A stretch of DNA of 64,000 bases from Escherichia coli. Its GTDB lineage: Bacteria; Pseudomonadota; Gammaproteobacteria; Enterobacterales; Enterobacteriaceae. The stretch lies in NCBI RefSeq assembly GCF_003018115.1, contig NZ_CP027457.1, one strand, 5' to 3'. How positions within the stretch are numbered: the first letter of the stretch is position 1; every line of letters starts with the position of its first letter. The notes below the pieces were generated by a model that had not been told where the DNA came from, made no database searches, and saw only the letters and a list, made by a program, of their open reading frames with translations. Of the stretch, positions 24,389 to 34,830 are shown piece after piece. A program made the translations under genes and the position numbers.

Positions 24389-25312
24389 TCAGAACGGCAT
24401 TGATTTTCGAATAGCGTTAATCATCAACTGGCAACCAGAAGAGAACGTCGCATCTACGCGGGTCAGTATTCCAATCGGTTCGCCTGCACCATGTCCCGGA
24501 ACAGGCAGGGCCACCAGCGTGGCATGACGCAGGTCGTCTTTTACCGCGCCAGAAGGGACAAACCACACGTAGTCGTATTCAACCGTAAGTTGACGAGATA
24601 GCGAAGCAGACAGCGTTTCGATACAACCCGAAGGAATTTTACAGCCCTGGCTCTGCACTAATGCATCTGAATGCTGGCGTGGCGCAGTGCCTTCTGGCGA
24701 TACAACGACCGGCCATTCCAGCACCCGGCTTAGCGTTACGTTCTCCTGAAGTAGCGGGTGATTAGGGCGGACAACCAGCTTCAGCGATTCAAGAAACAGC
24801 AGTTCGTAATTAAGCCCGGTCATCAGTTCAGGATCTGACATCCGACCAATGCCGATATCGATTTCCCCGGTTTTTAAACCCGCCAGAATCATAGGGTTAC
24901 TCATTGTCGCAACTTGCAAGGTCGTCTCTTTTTGTTGCTGATGAAACTGACCTATAACCGAAGGTAATATCCCCAGTGCCGCAGTAGGTAGTGCACCAAC
25001 CCTGACGACATCATTATTAAGACCTTCTTTACGATGAAGCGACTGTCCGGCAGTGTTGATGGCGTCAAGAACTCTGACTGCATGCGTTAAAAATTGTTCG
25101 CCGGGTAAGGTAAGTTGCGCCCCCTGACGGCCACGCTCAAACAAGCGAGCGCCAGTCAGCTGCTCCAGTTCATTCAATGTCTTAGAGAGCGCAGGTTGAC
25201 TCAAATTAAGGGTTTCAGCCGCGCGCCCCAAAGTTCCTTGTTGTGCGACAGCTACGAATGTATGAAGGTGGCGCAAACGGATGCGCTGACTAAACAGACT
25301 ATTTTTTTCCAT
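24389..25312 (-). CDS. ydcI: LysR-family transcriptional regulator
   Basis: Internal ATG giving MEKNSLFSQRIRLRHLHTFVAVAQQGTLGRAAETLNLSQPALSKT... (HTH), 307 aa. Confidence 0.85.
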   Translation of the reverse strand: MEKNSLFSQRIRLRHLHTFVAVAQQGTLGRAAETLNLSQPALSKTLNELEQLTGARLFERGRQGAQLTLPGEQFLTHAVRVLDAINTAGQSLHRKEGLNNDVVRVGALPTAALGILPSVIGQFHQQQKETTLQVATMSNPMILAGLKTGEIDIGIGRMSDPELMTGLNYELLFLESLKLVVRPNHPLLQENVTLSRVLEWPVVVSPEGTAPRQHSDALVQSQGCKIPSGCIETLSASLSRQLTVEYDYVWFVPSGAVKDDLRHATLVALPVPGHGAGEPIGILTRVDATFSSGCQLMINAIRKSMPF

Positions 25313-25528
25313 AAGCGATGTTAAAAACGAAGCGGTGTCGCTGACAAGTGAAGTTGTTTGATTATGATAACTTGATTGCAAAATATTATTAACAATTAAA
25401 GCAATTATGTTACAGCAAAATGGATAATATTGATGTTTTCGCGGCGAGATCACAGTTTGTAAATTCTTCCCGCCAGAGTGAATGCGGTTACCTACACTCC
25501 AGATTACTGACCACTGGAGGCAGACACT

Positions 25529-26550
25529 ATGGCGAACAGCATCACGGCGGATGAGATTCGGGAACAGTTTTCGCAGGCAATGTCAGCCATGTACCAGCAA
25601 GAAGTTCCGCAATATGGCACGCTGCTGGAACTGGTAGCTGATGTGAATCTGGCTGTGCTGGAAAACAATCCTCAACTGCACGAAAAAATGGTAAATGCAG
25701 ACGAGCTGGCGCGACTGAATGTTGAACGTCATGGGGCGATTCGTGTTGGGACTGCACAAGAGCTTGCTACTCTTCGGCGGATGTTTGCCATTATGGGGAT
25801 GTACCCGGTGAGCTATTACGATCTCTCGCAGGCGGGGGTGCCGGTACATTCGACAGCATTTCGGCCCATTGATGATCCTTCTCTGGCGCGTAATCCCTTC
25901 CGCGTTTTTACCTCGTTACTCCGCCTTGAGCTTATCGAGAACGAAATTTTGCGCCAGAAAGCGGCGGAGATTCTGCGTCAGCGCGATATCTTCACCCCAC
26001 GTTGTCGACAACTGTTAGAGGAATATGAGCAGCAGGGCGGTTTTAACGAAACACAGGCACAGGAGTTTGTGCAGGAAGCCCTGGAAACGTTTCGCTGGCA
26101 CCAGTCAGCAACGGTAGATGAAGAAACCTATCGCGCCTTGCACAACGAACATCGGTTGATTGCTGATGTGGTCTGTTTTCCTGGATGCCATATCAACCAC
26201 CTGACGCCACGTACGCTGGATATTGACCGGGTGCAGTCGATGCATGGTTCCGGTACCGTCTGACGCCTTCGGGTGAGGCGCATCGTCAGGCGATTCATCC
26301 TGGAGACGATCCACAGCCCTTAATTGAACGTGGTTGGGTAATGGCGCAACCCATCACCTATGAAGATTTCTTGCCCGTTAGCGCGGCGGGGATCTTCCAG
26401 TCAAATCTGGGTAATGAAACGCAGGCACGCAGCCACGGTAATGCCAGTCGCGAAGCATTTGAGCAGGCGTTGGGTTGTCCGGTTTTGGATGAGTTCCAGC
26501 TTTATCAGGAAGCGGAAGAACGCAGTAAACGTCGCTGTGGTTTGCTTTAA
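25529..26550 (+). pseudogene. ydcJ: DUF1338-family (HglS-like) protein gene, frame-disrupted
   Basis: 244-codon ORF (25529-26263, good RBS) ends in a stop while protein-like sequence continues in frame +1 from 26227 to 26550 (...RYRLTPSGEAHRQ...YEDFLPVSAAGIFQSNLG...). Confidence 0.6.
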
Positions 26551-26774
26551 ATTCTGACCATCCGCCTTTGCAAAAATTTGCCTGATTTTACAAACGAATC
26601 AGGCTCATCCCATCGACATAAAAAAAATGCCGATTTATGCATATTCTCTCAGTTCAACAATTGGATTATTAATAAATATTGTCTAGAGTGAGCGGTCATA
26701 AATAAGCACTTTCTTGCCGCTGAAAACGACCAGCGCGGGACCATTCACAACACCAGAAGGACTCACTTTCAGGT

Positions 26775-28430
26775 ATGGATCGTAGACGATTTATTAAAGG
26801 TTCAATGGCTATGGCCGCCGTGTGCGGTACCAGCGGCATTGCTTCTCTTTTTTCTCAGGCGGCATTCGCGGCAGATTCTGATATTGCCGACGGACAAACC
26901 CAGCGTTTTGACTTCTCCATTCTACAGTCAATGGCGCATGACTTAGCGCAAACAGCGTGGCGTGGTGCGCCTCGTCCGTTACCTGACACGCTGGCGACAA
27001 TGACGCCGCAGGCTTATAACAGTATTCAATACGACGCCGAGAAATCGCTCTGGCATAACGTTGAGAACCGTCAACTGGACGCTCAGTTCTTCCATATGGG
27101 AATGGGATTCCGTCGCCGCGTTCGTATGTTTTCTGTAGATCCAGCAACACATCTGGCGCGTGAAATTCACTTTCGCCCGGAGTTGTTCAAATACAACGAT
27201 GCAGGTGTTGATACCAAACAATTAGAAGGGCAAAGCGATCTCGGCTTTGCCGGTTTTCGCGTGTTTAAAGCCCCCGAACTGGCGCGCCGTGATGTAGTAT
27301 CATTTCTCGGCGCGAGTTATTTCCGCGCCGTTGATGATACATATCAATACGGTTTGTCGGCCCGCGGCCTGGCGATCGACACTTACACCGACAGTAAAGA
27401 AGAGTTCCCCGACTTTACCGCCTTCTGGTTTGATACGGTAAAACCGGGGGCAACTACCTTTACCGTTTATGCGTTGCTCGATAGTGCCAGCATTACTGGT
27501 GCCTATAAGTTCACTATCCATTGTGAGAAAAGTCAGGTGATTATGGATGTGGAAAATCACCTGTATGCGCGCAAAGACATTAAACAGCTGGGCATTGCGC
27601 CGATGACCAGTATGTTCAGCTGCGGTACTAATGAACGTCGGATGTGCGACACCATTCATCCGCAAATTCATGACTCTGATCGTCTGTCCATGTGGCGGGG
27701 CAACGGCGAGTGGATTTGCCGTCCGCTGAATAATCCGCAAAAATTGCAGTTCAATGCTTACACCGACAACAACCCGAAAGGGTTTGGTTTATTGCAACTG
27801 GATCGTGATTTCTCCCATTATCAGGACATTATGGGCTGGTATAACAAACGCCCAAGTCTGTGGGTGGAACCGCGTAACAAGTGGGGTAAGGGCACCATCG
27901 GCCTGATGGAAATCCCAACAACGGGCGAAACGCTGGATAACATTGTCTGCTTCTGGCAGCCAGAAAAAGCTGTAAAGGCGGGTGATGAGTTTGCATTCCA
28001 GTATCGTCTGTACTGGAGTGCGCAACCGCCTGTTCATTGCCCATTAGCGCGCGTTATGGCGACGCGTACCGGCATGGGCGGTTTCCCGGAAGGTTGGGCA
28101 CCAGGTGAACACTATCCCGAAAAATGGGCGCGTCGTTTTGCCGTCGATTTCGTTGGTGGTGATCTGAAAGCTGCCGCACCAAAAGGCATTGAGCCGGTGA
28201 TTACGCTTTCCAGTGGGGAAGCGAAGCAAATCGAAATTCTCTATATTGAACCCATTGATGGTTATCGTATTCAGTTTGACTGGTATCCGACTTCGGACTC
28301 CACTGATCCGGTCGATATGCGGATGTATCTGCGTTGTCAGGGCGACGCTATCAGTGAAACATGGCTGTATCAGTATTTCCCGCCAGCGCCGGATAAACGT
28401 CAGTATGTTGACGACCGCGTGATGAGTTAA
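26775..28430 (+). CDS. opgD: glucans biosynthesis protein D (periplasmic, Tat-exported)
   Basis: 551-aa ORF with twin-arginine signal ([32 protein letters not shown]). Confidence 0.9.
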   Translation: MDRRRFIKGSMAMAAVCGTSGIASLFSQAAFAADSDIADGQTQRFDFSILQSMAHDLAQTAWRGAPRPLPDTLATMTPQAYNSIQYDAEKSLWHNVENRQLDAQFFHMGMGFRRRVRMFSVDPATHLAREIHFRPELFKYNDAGVDTKQLEGQSDLGFAGFRVFKAPELARRDVVSFLGASYFRAVDDTYQYGLSARGLAIDTYTDSKEEFPDFTAFWFDTVKPGATTFTVYALLDSASITGAYKFTIHCEKSQVIMDVENHLYARKDIKQLGIAPMTSMFSCGTNERRMCDTIHPQIHDSDRLSMWRGNGEWICRPLNNPQKLQFNAYTDNNPKGFGLLQLDRDFSHYQDIMGWYNKRPSLWVEPRNKWGKGTIGLMEIPTTGETLDNIVCFWQPEKAVKAGDEFAFQYRLYWSAQPPVHCPLARVMATRTGMGGFPEGWAPGEHYPEKWARRFAVDFVGGDLKAAAPKGIEPVITLSSGEAKQIEILYIEPIDGYRIQFDWYPTSDSTDPVDMRMYLRCQGDAISETWLYQYFPPAPDKRQYVDDRVMS

Positions 28431-28569
28431 TCGTTTTTTCTTCGGCACCTTCTTCGGGAGGTGCCGTCTGGTTAAACACGATCCCGCTCGCATTTTTCCC
28501 TAAGTTAAATGAGTAATCTGATGGTGTGTATTTCAGATACACCTTGTCAGCCACTAACAGGGAGTGCGT

Positions 28570-28794
28570 ATGTTTCCAGAATATCGAGATTTAATATCCC
28601 GTCTGAAAAACGAAAATCCTCGCTTTATGTCCTTGTTCGATAAACACAATAAACTTGATCATGAAATTGCCAGAAAGGAAGGTTCCGACGGTCGAGGGTA
28701 CAATGCGGAAGTGGTCCGCATGAAAAAACAAAAGCTACAGTTAAAAGATGAGATGCTCAAAATCCTGCAGCAGGAGAGCGTCAAAGAGGTGTAA
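28570..28794 (+). CDS. ydcH: DUF465-family small protein
   Basis: ATG at 28570 giving MFPEYRDLISRLKNENPRF..., 74 aa. Confidence 0.75.
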   Translation: MFPEYRDLISRLKNENPRFMSLFDKHNKLDHEIARKEGSDGRGYNAEVVRMKKQKLQLKDEMLKILQQESVKEV

Positions 28795-28856
28795 ACTTTC
28801 CTAAGCCGCCAGCCAGGCGGCTTTTTTAACAACTGCATGGATTGACTGGAGATAAG

Positions 28857-29393
28857 ATGACTGAAACGATAAAAGTAAGCGAATCACTTGAATTACATGC
28901 TGTTGCAGAAAATCACGTCACTCCTCTTTATCAGTTAATCTGTAAAAATAAAACCTGGTTACAGCAGTCGCTAAACTGGCCGCAGTTCGTTCAGAGTGAA
29001 GAGGACACGCGAAAAACGGTGCAGGGTAATGTGATGTTGCATCAACGCGGCTATGCCAAAATGTTCATGATTTTCAAAGAAGATGAACTTATCGGCGTTA
29101 TCTCGTTTAATCGTATTGAACCACTGAATAAAACCGCTGAAATTGGCTACTGGCTGGACGAATCTCATCAGGGGCAGGGGATCATTTCTCAGGCGCTGCA
29201 GGCATTGATTCATCATTACGCCCAGTCTGGTGAACTTAGACGCTTCGTGATCAAATGTCGGGTGGACAATCCGCAAAGCAACCAGGTCGCTTTGCGCAAT
29301 GGTTTTATCCTTGAAGGTTGCCTGAAACAGGCTGAGTTCCTGAATGATGCCTATGATGATGTGAACTTATACGCGCGTATTATCGATTCATAA
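28857..29393 (+). CDS. rimL: ribosomal-protein-L7/L12 serine N-acetyltransferase (GNAT)
   Basis: ATG at 28857 after GGAG; GNAT fold motifs. Confidence 0.85.
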   Translation: MTETIKVSESLELHAVAENHVTPLYQLICKNKTWLQQSLNWPQFVQSEEDTRKTVQGNVMLHQRGYAKMFMIFKEDELIGVISFNRIEPLNKTAEIGYWLDESHQGQGIISQALQALIHHYAQSGELRRFVIKCRVDNPQSNQVALRNGFILEGCLKQAEFLNDAYDDVNLYARIIDS

Positions 29394-30368
29394 TAACCCT
29401 GCCAGCGGCGTTCGCGTAATGCGCTCCTCGCCGTTAATGACTTTTGGACCACGGACATGAACCGTGTCGCCATCAAAGGCTTCAACGACGGCATGGTCGG
29501 TTAACTCCACATGGTTTTCAATTATCACCGCACCTGTAATACGGCTCTCACCTTGTATTACAACGTGCTCGTCGAGCAGAATCGGTCCACCACGTACCAC
29601 GGCATTTCCGCCAATCAAGACATGATGTTTTAACACACAATTACCTTCCACAATGGCATATTCCGCCACCTGCGAACTGTAATGAATCGTTGGAATGGCA
29701 TCTTCTTCTATGCCAGCTTTCACCTGCGCGTGACCGTAGACTTTAGCGCAATCGCATAGCCAGACGTTGTTCTCTTCATTACCTTCAATACTGGCAAAAT
29801 CAAAAACTTCGGCGCGATGTTCAATAAAAGCATACCGGATGACGGCATCGCCATAAATTTGTGCCTGGTGGACAATACGCGAGGCGCTAACCCTTGCGCG
29901 ATCATAAATTTGTAGCAGGAGTTGATGGTCAGGCGTTAAGCCTTGTGCTGCGACGATCATAGAATGTTGATTAATTAAGGCGTGACCAAATATTCTACAT
30001 TGCCCGCAAACCAGTGAGTCATGAATGGTGACACTGTCACTTATATATGCACCCTGGCTGATTTCACTATTATCGATCCAGACATTATCCGTTGCGTAAA
30101 CCTCTCCCCACAGTACGCTGGTGCCGGTGATGCGCGTATTACCGGAAATCACCGTTCCGCCGAACGCAATAGCATTCTGGTCGTAAATCCAGCAATTTCC
30201 TTCCTGTGCTAACACCGTTTCGCGATCGATCCAGCCGCCAGCGGTTCCTGCTATCACATCGTTAAAATCGCTAATGGCGATAATCTGCCGTAATAACACA
30301 TTTTTTTTAGTGCCATCTTCCTGATAACTAAAGGCTCGCTGTTCTTCACTTAGACGATATTTGCGCAT
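29388..30368 (-). CDS. ydcK: hexapeptide-repeat (left-handed beta-helix) acyltransferase-like protein
   Basis: 326-aa ORF; converges on rimL with a 6-nt overlap. Confidence 0.8.
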
Positions 30369-30491
30369 AGCGTTTTCCCACAGGTGACTTACTATAACCG
30401 TAGCAAATTCTGCGGCTCTGGCTATGCTCGAGAAAATTCCATAAAATGCATTTCAAATATACTTTATAAATTAAACAAAATGAGTAAGAAG

Positions 30492-31484
30492 ATGCAGAGC
30501 GATAAAGTGCTCAATTTGCCGGCAGGCTACTTTGGTATTGTGTTGGGGACGATAGGGATGGGATTTGCCTGGCGCTATGCCAGCCAGGTTTGGCAGGTCA
30601 GCCACTGGTTAGGGGATGGGCTGGTGATTCTGGCGATGATCATCTGGGGATTATTGACTAGCGCATTTATTGCCCGACTCATACGCTTTCCGCATAGCGT
30701 GCTGGCGGAAGTTCGCCATCCAGTGCTGAGCAGTTTTGTGAGTTTGTTTCCGGCAACGACGATGCTGGTGGCGATTGGTTTTGTTCCGTGGTTTCGCCCA
30801 CTGGCGGTGTGCCTGTTCAGTTTTGGTGTCGTGGTTCAGTTGGCTTATGCCGCCTGGCAAACTGCGGGATTATGGCGCGGATCTCACCCTGAAGAAGCTA
30901 CCACGCCTGGACTGTATCTGCCGACAGTTGCCAACAACTTTATCAGCGCAATGGCCTGTGGTGCGTTGGGCTACACCGACGCCGGTCTGGTGTTTTTAGG
31001 CGCAGGCGTTTTCTCATGGCTAAGCCTTGAACCTGTGATCTTGCAGCGTCTGCGCAGTTCGGGAGAATTACCCACGGCACTGCGGACATCACTCGGCATT
31101 CAGCTCGCTCCTGCGCTGGTGGCCTGTAGTGCCTGGCTGAGCGTCAACGGCGGCGAGGGTGACACGCTGGCGAAAATGCTTTTCGGTTATGGGCTGCTGC
31201 AACTGCTGTTTATGCTACGTCTGATGCCATGGTATCTCTCCCAGCCATTTAATGCTTCATTCTGGAGTTTCTCGTTCGGCGTATCTGCACTGGCAACCAC
31301 CGGTTTGCATCTGGGGAGTGGCAGCGATAATGGATTTTTCCATACGCTGGCGGTGCCGCTGTTTATCTTTACCAATTTTATTATTGCAATACTGCTCATC
31401 CGTACTTTTGCGCTTCTGATGCAGGGAAAATTGTTAGTCAGAACTGAGCGCGCCGTTTTAATGAAAGCAGAGGACAAAGAATGA
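30492..31484 (+). CDS. tehA: tellurite-resistance / TDT-family anion channel protein
   Basis: Internal ATG giving [27 protein letters not shown]..., 330 aa, 10 TM. Confidence 0.9.
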
Positions 31485-32074
31485 TCATTCGTGACGAAAA
31501 CTATTTTACTGATAAATATGAATTAACCCGCACACACTCTGAAGTACTGGAAGCGGTGAAAGTGGTTAAACCGGGTAAAACGCTGGATCTGGGCTGTGGC
31601 AATGGTCGTAACAGTCTTTACCTGGCAGCCAATGGTTATGATGTTGACGCATGGGATAAAAATGCCATGAGTATCGCCAACGTCGAGCGCATTAAATCTA
31701 TTGAAAATCTGGATAATTTACACACCCGGGTCGTTGATCTGAATAACCTCACATTTGATGGACAGTACGATTTTATTCTTTCGATTGTGGTACTGATGTT
31801 CCTTGAGGCTAAAACCATCCCAGGGCTGATTGCCAATATGCAACGTTGCACGAAACCTGGTGGTTACAACCTGATTGTGGCGGCGATGGATACCGCTGAT
31901 TATCCATGTACCGTCGGCTTCCCGTTTGCCTTCAAAGAGGGAGAATTACGTCGATATTACGAAGACTGGGAGATGGTGAAATACAATGAGGACGTCGGCG
32001 AGCTGCACCGCACCGACGCCAACGGTAATCGTATTAAACTGCGTTTCGCCACGATGCTGGCACGTAAAAAATGA
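31481..32074 (+). CDS. tehB: SAM-dependent tellurite methyltransferase
   Basis: 197-aa ORF overlapping tehA stop (ATGA); methyltransferase motif [11 protein letters not shown]. Confidence 0.9.
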
Positions 32075-32235
32075 CCCGGTAAGAACAAAGCGCGTGAAAA
32101 TTCCCCACGCTGAGATGGTTTACTGTTCTTCTTTTCGGTAAGCATATTTTTTATCGAAGGGATGTGAAATTAATCACAGTAGTCGAAGTTTTTTAGCAGC
32201 TTAACTTACTGAAATTTAACTACTGATGATTGACT

Positions 32236-32285
32236 TAGCCCCTTTTTCGGCATTGACGATGTCGTCTGAAAAGGGGCTGAAAAAT
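32236..32285. repeat. long inverted repeat upstream of ydcL (AGCCCCTTTT ... AAAAGGGGCT, 10-bp arms with about 20-nt spacer)
   Basis: Read directly from sequence; sits in an AT-rich intergenic region with a TATAAT -10 element at 32353-32358. Confidence 0.3.
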
Positions 32286-32377
32286 TTATTTTCACCAACA
32301 CTTTTTTTTGCCACAACACGAAGCGGCGCTTTTTGCTATAACTTAAAAAGTAATATAATCATCTCAGGAAACTATTC

Positions 32378-33051
32378 ATGCGTACCACATCATTTGCGAA
32401 AGTTGCAGCTTTATGCGGCTTGTTGGCTCTGTCTGGTTGTGCCTCTAAAATCACCCAGCCAGATAAATATTCTGGTTTTTTAAACAATTACTCTGATTTA
32501 AAAGAAACAACCTCGGCTACAGGTAAACCGGTTTTACGTTGGGTAGACCCGAGTTTTGATCAAAGCAAATATGACAGCATCGTCTGGAACCCAATCACTT
32601 ATTATCCGGTACCGAAACCTTCGACCCAGGTAGGGCAGAAAGTTCTGGATAAAATTTTGAACTATACCAACACCGAAATGAAAGAAGCGATAGCGCAGCG
32701 TAAACCACTGGTTACCACCGCTGGGCCGCGTAGTCTGATTTTCCGTGGGGCCATTACCGGTGTAGATACCAGCAAAGAAGGGCTGCAATTCTATGAAGTG
32801 GTTCCTGTTGCATTAGTGGTTGCGGGGACGCAAATGAAATGGCTACAGGCCACCGTACCATGGATACTCGCCTCTATTTTGAAGGTGAGCTGATTGATGC
32901 AGCGACTAATAAACCGGTTATCAAAGTCGTTCGTCAGGGCGAAGGTAAAGACCTGAATAACGAAAGTACGCCAATGGCTTTCGAAAATATTAAACAAGTT
33001 ATTGATGACATGGCGACCGATGCCACCATGTTTGACGTTAACAAAAAGTAG
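32378..33051 (+). pseudogene. ydcL: lipoprotein gene disrupted by a 5-bp tandem duplication (AAATG AAATG)
   Basis: Signal peptide plus lipobox (LALSGC); frame breaks at 32832-32841, so the ORF track splits it into 32378-32893 and 32839-33051; removing one AAATG copy restores one continuous 222-codon frame. Confidence 0.7.
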
Positions 33052-33068
33052 TTCCAGACGCGCCATCG

Positions 33069-33575
33069 TTAGATGGCGCTTTTTATCCGGTGCGCCGTAA
33101 AACCCCATCCTTCAGGGCGGGGATATAAGGCGCGGTTTTCCACCTGACCAGGTGTTTGCTGTTGTTCAATGTATTGGCGGATGACGGATATTGGCGCACC
33201 TCCGCAGCTACTGGCAAAATAGCCAGGACTCCACAAAACGCCTTTGTAGTAATACCTGACTGCAATATCTGGTCGATCTCGTCGCAGTAACCTACCCGAT
33301 ACGCCTTTGAGGCTGTTTACCAGACTGGATATCGCCAGTTTGGGAGGTTAGTTAATTAACAAATGGACGTGATCTGGTTCGCCATCCATTTCAACCAGTT
33401 CAGCTTCAAAATAAGCACATACATTTGAAAAGTAAGTGTGTAGTTTTTCTGTCGCGTCATGGTCAAAAATCTGGCGTCGGTATCTGGTGACAAAGACCAG
33501 GTGAACATGCATCAGGAAAACACAATGCCTTCCACGCCGGATATCGGTTTCTTTTTTCACAGACCAAAGTATCAT
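33069..33575 (-). pseudogene. tnpA: IS200-type HuH single-strand transposase TnpA interrupted by an in-frame TAA
   Basis: Minus strand reads ...MHVHLVFVTRYRRQIF...EPDHVHLLIN*PPKLAISSLVNSLKGVSGRLL...LWSPGYFASSCGGAPISVIRQYIEQQ...; HuH motif lies before and the catalytic-Tyr region after the stop at 33348-33350. Confidence 0.7.
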
Positions 33576-33582
33576 TTGACCT

Positions 33583-34791
33583 GTGAAACGATTACAGGCA
33601 TTTAAATTCCAGTTAAGACCAGGTGGTCAACAGAAGTGTGAAATGAGGCGCTTCGCAGGCGCATGTCGTTTCGTTTTCAATCGTGCTCTGGCACGTCAGA
33701 ATGAGAATCATGAGGCCGGTAATAAATACATCCCTTACGGGAAAATGGCTTCCTGGCTGGTTGAGTGGAAAAATGCCACTGAAACGCAATGGCTTAAAGA
33801 TTCTCCCTCACAGCCATTGCAACAGTCACTGAAAGACCTTGAGCGGGCTTACAAAAACTTCTTCCGGAAGCGGGCTGCTTTTCCCCGATTCAAAAAGCGG
33901 GGACAGAATGATGCATTCCGCTACCCGCAGGGCGTTAAGCTCGATCAGGAAAACAGCCGTATTTTTCTGCCGAAACTGGGCTGGATGCGCTACCGGAATA
34001 GCCGTCAGGTCACGGGTGTTGTGAAAAATGTCACTGTCAGCCAGTCCTGCGGTAAGTGGTACATCAGTATTCAGACAGAAAGTGAAGTATCAACTCCGGT
34101 TCACCCTTCAGCATCAATGATCGGGCTGGATGCTGGCGTGGCTAAACTCGCCACGCTGTCAGATGGCACAGTCTTTGAGCCTGTAAACAGTTTTCAGAAA
34201 AACCAGAAGACGCTGGCGAGACTTCAGCGACAGTTAAGCCGCAAGGTCAAATTCAGCAACAACTGGCAGAAGCAGAAACGCAAAATACAGCGACTGCATT
34301 CCTGTATCGCAAATATCCGCAGGGACTACCTTCACAAAGTCACAACGGCCGTCAGCAAAAACCACGCAATGATAGTCATTGAGGATTTGAAGGTCAGCAA
34401 CATGTCAAAGTCAGCAGCGGGTACGGTCAGCCAGCCGGGGCGCAATGTCCGGGCAAAATCAGGTTTAAACCGTTCGATACTGGATCAGGGCTGGTATGAA
34501 ATGCGCCGCCAGCTTGAGTACAAGCAGCTCTGGCGTGGCGGTCAGGTGCTTGCTGTTCCGCCAGCGTATACAAGCCAGCGTTGCGCGTACTGTGGTCATA
34601 CAGCGAAAGAGAACCGCCTGTCACAAAGTAAATTCAGATGCCATGTATGTGGATATACAGCGAACGCCGATGTAAATGGCGCTCGTAACATTTTAGCGGC
34701 GGGGCACGCCGTTCTTGCCTGTGGAGAGATGGTGCAGTCAGGCCGCCCGTTGAAGCAGGAACCCACCGAAATGATTCAGGCGACAGCCTGA
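33583..34791 (+). CDS. insQ: TnpB (IS605 OrfB family) RuvC-like RNA-guided-nuclease-type transposon protein
   Basis: 402-aa ORF; RuvC-like motifs ([24 protein letters not shown]) and Zn finger CAYCGH...CHVCGY. Confidence 0.85.
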   Translation: MKRLQAFKFQLRPGGQQKCEMRRFAGACRFVFNRALARQNENHEAGNKYIPYGKMASWLVEWKNATETQWLKDSPSQPLQQSLKDLERAYKNFFRKRAAFPRFKKRGQNDAFRYPQGVKLDQENSRIFLPKLGWMRYRNSRQVTGVVKNVTVSQSCGKWYISIQTESEVSTPVHPSASMIGLDAGVAKLATLSDGTVFEPVNSFQKNQKTLARLQRQLSRKVKFSNNWQKQKRKIQRLHSCIANIRRDYLHKVTTAVSKNHAMIVIEDLKVSNMSKSAAGTVSQPGRNVRAKSGLNRSILDQGWYEMRRQLEYKQLWRGGQVLAVPPAYTSQRCAYCGHTAKENRLSQSKFRCHVCGYTANADVNGARNILAAGHAVLACGEMVQSGRPLKQEPTEMIQATA

Positions 34792-34830
34792 ACGTAGCAG
34801 GGATCCACGTCCTTCAGGGCGTGGAGGATG

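Larger units (their letters stand above)
33052..34830 (+). mobile_element. IS200/IS605-family insertion sequence (IS609-like) with divergent tnpA and tnpB
   Basis: HuH Y1 transposase fragments plus TnpB/OrfB (RuvC-like plus Zn finger); related imperfect hairpins sharing TCCTTCAGGGCG near both ends (33103-33122 and 34805-34824); perfect terminator-like hairpin at left end 33060-33079; boundaries approximate. Confidence 0.65.

Noticed and set aside
33083-33265. 60-aa minus-strand ORF inside the IS element
   Set aside because: Wrong frame relative to the conserved TnpA C-terminal region, which reads in the frame continuing from the TAA-interrupted tnpA.
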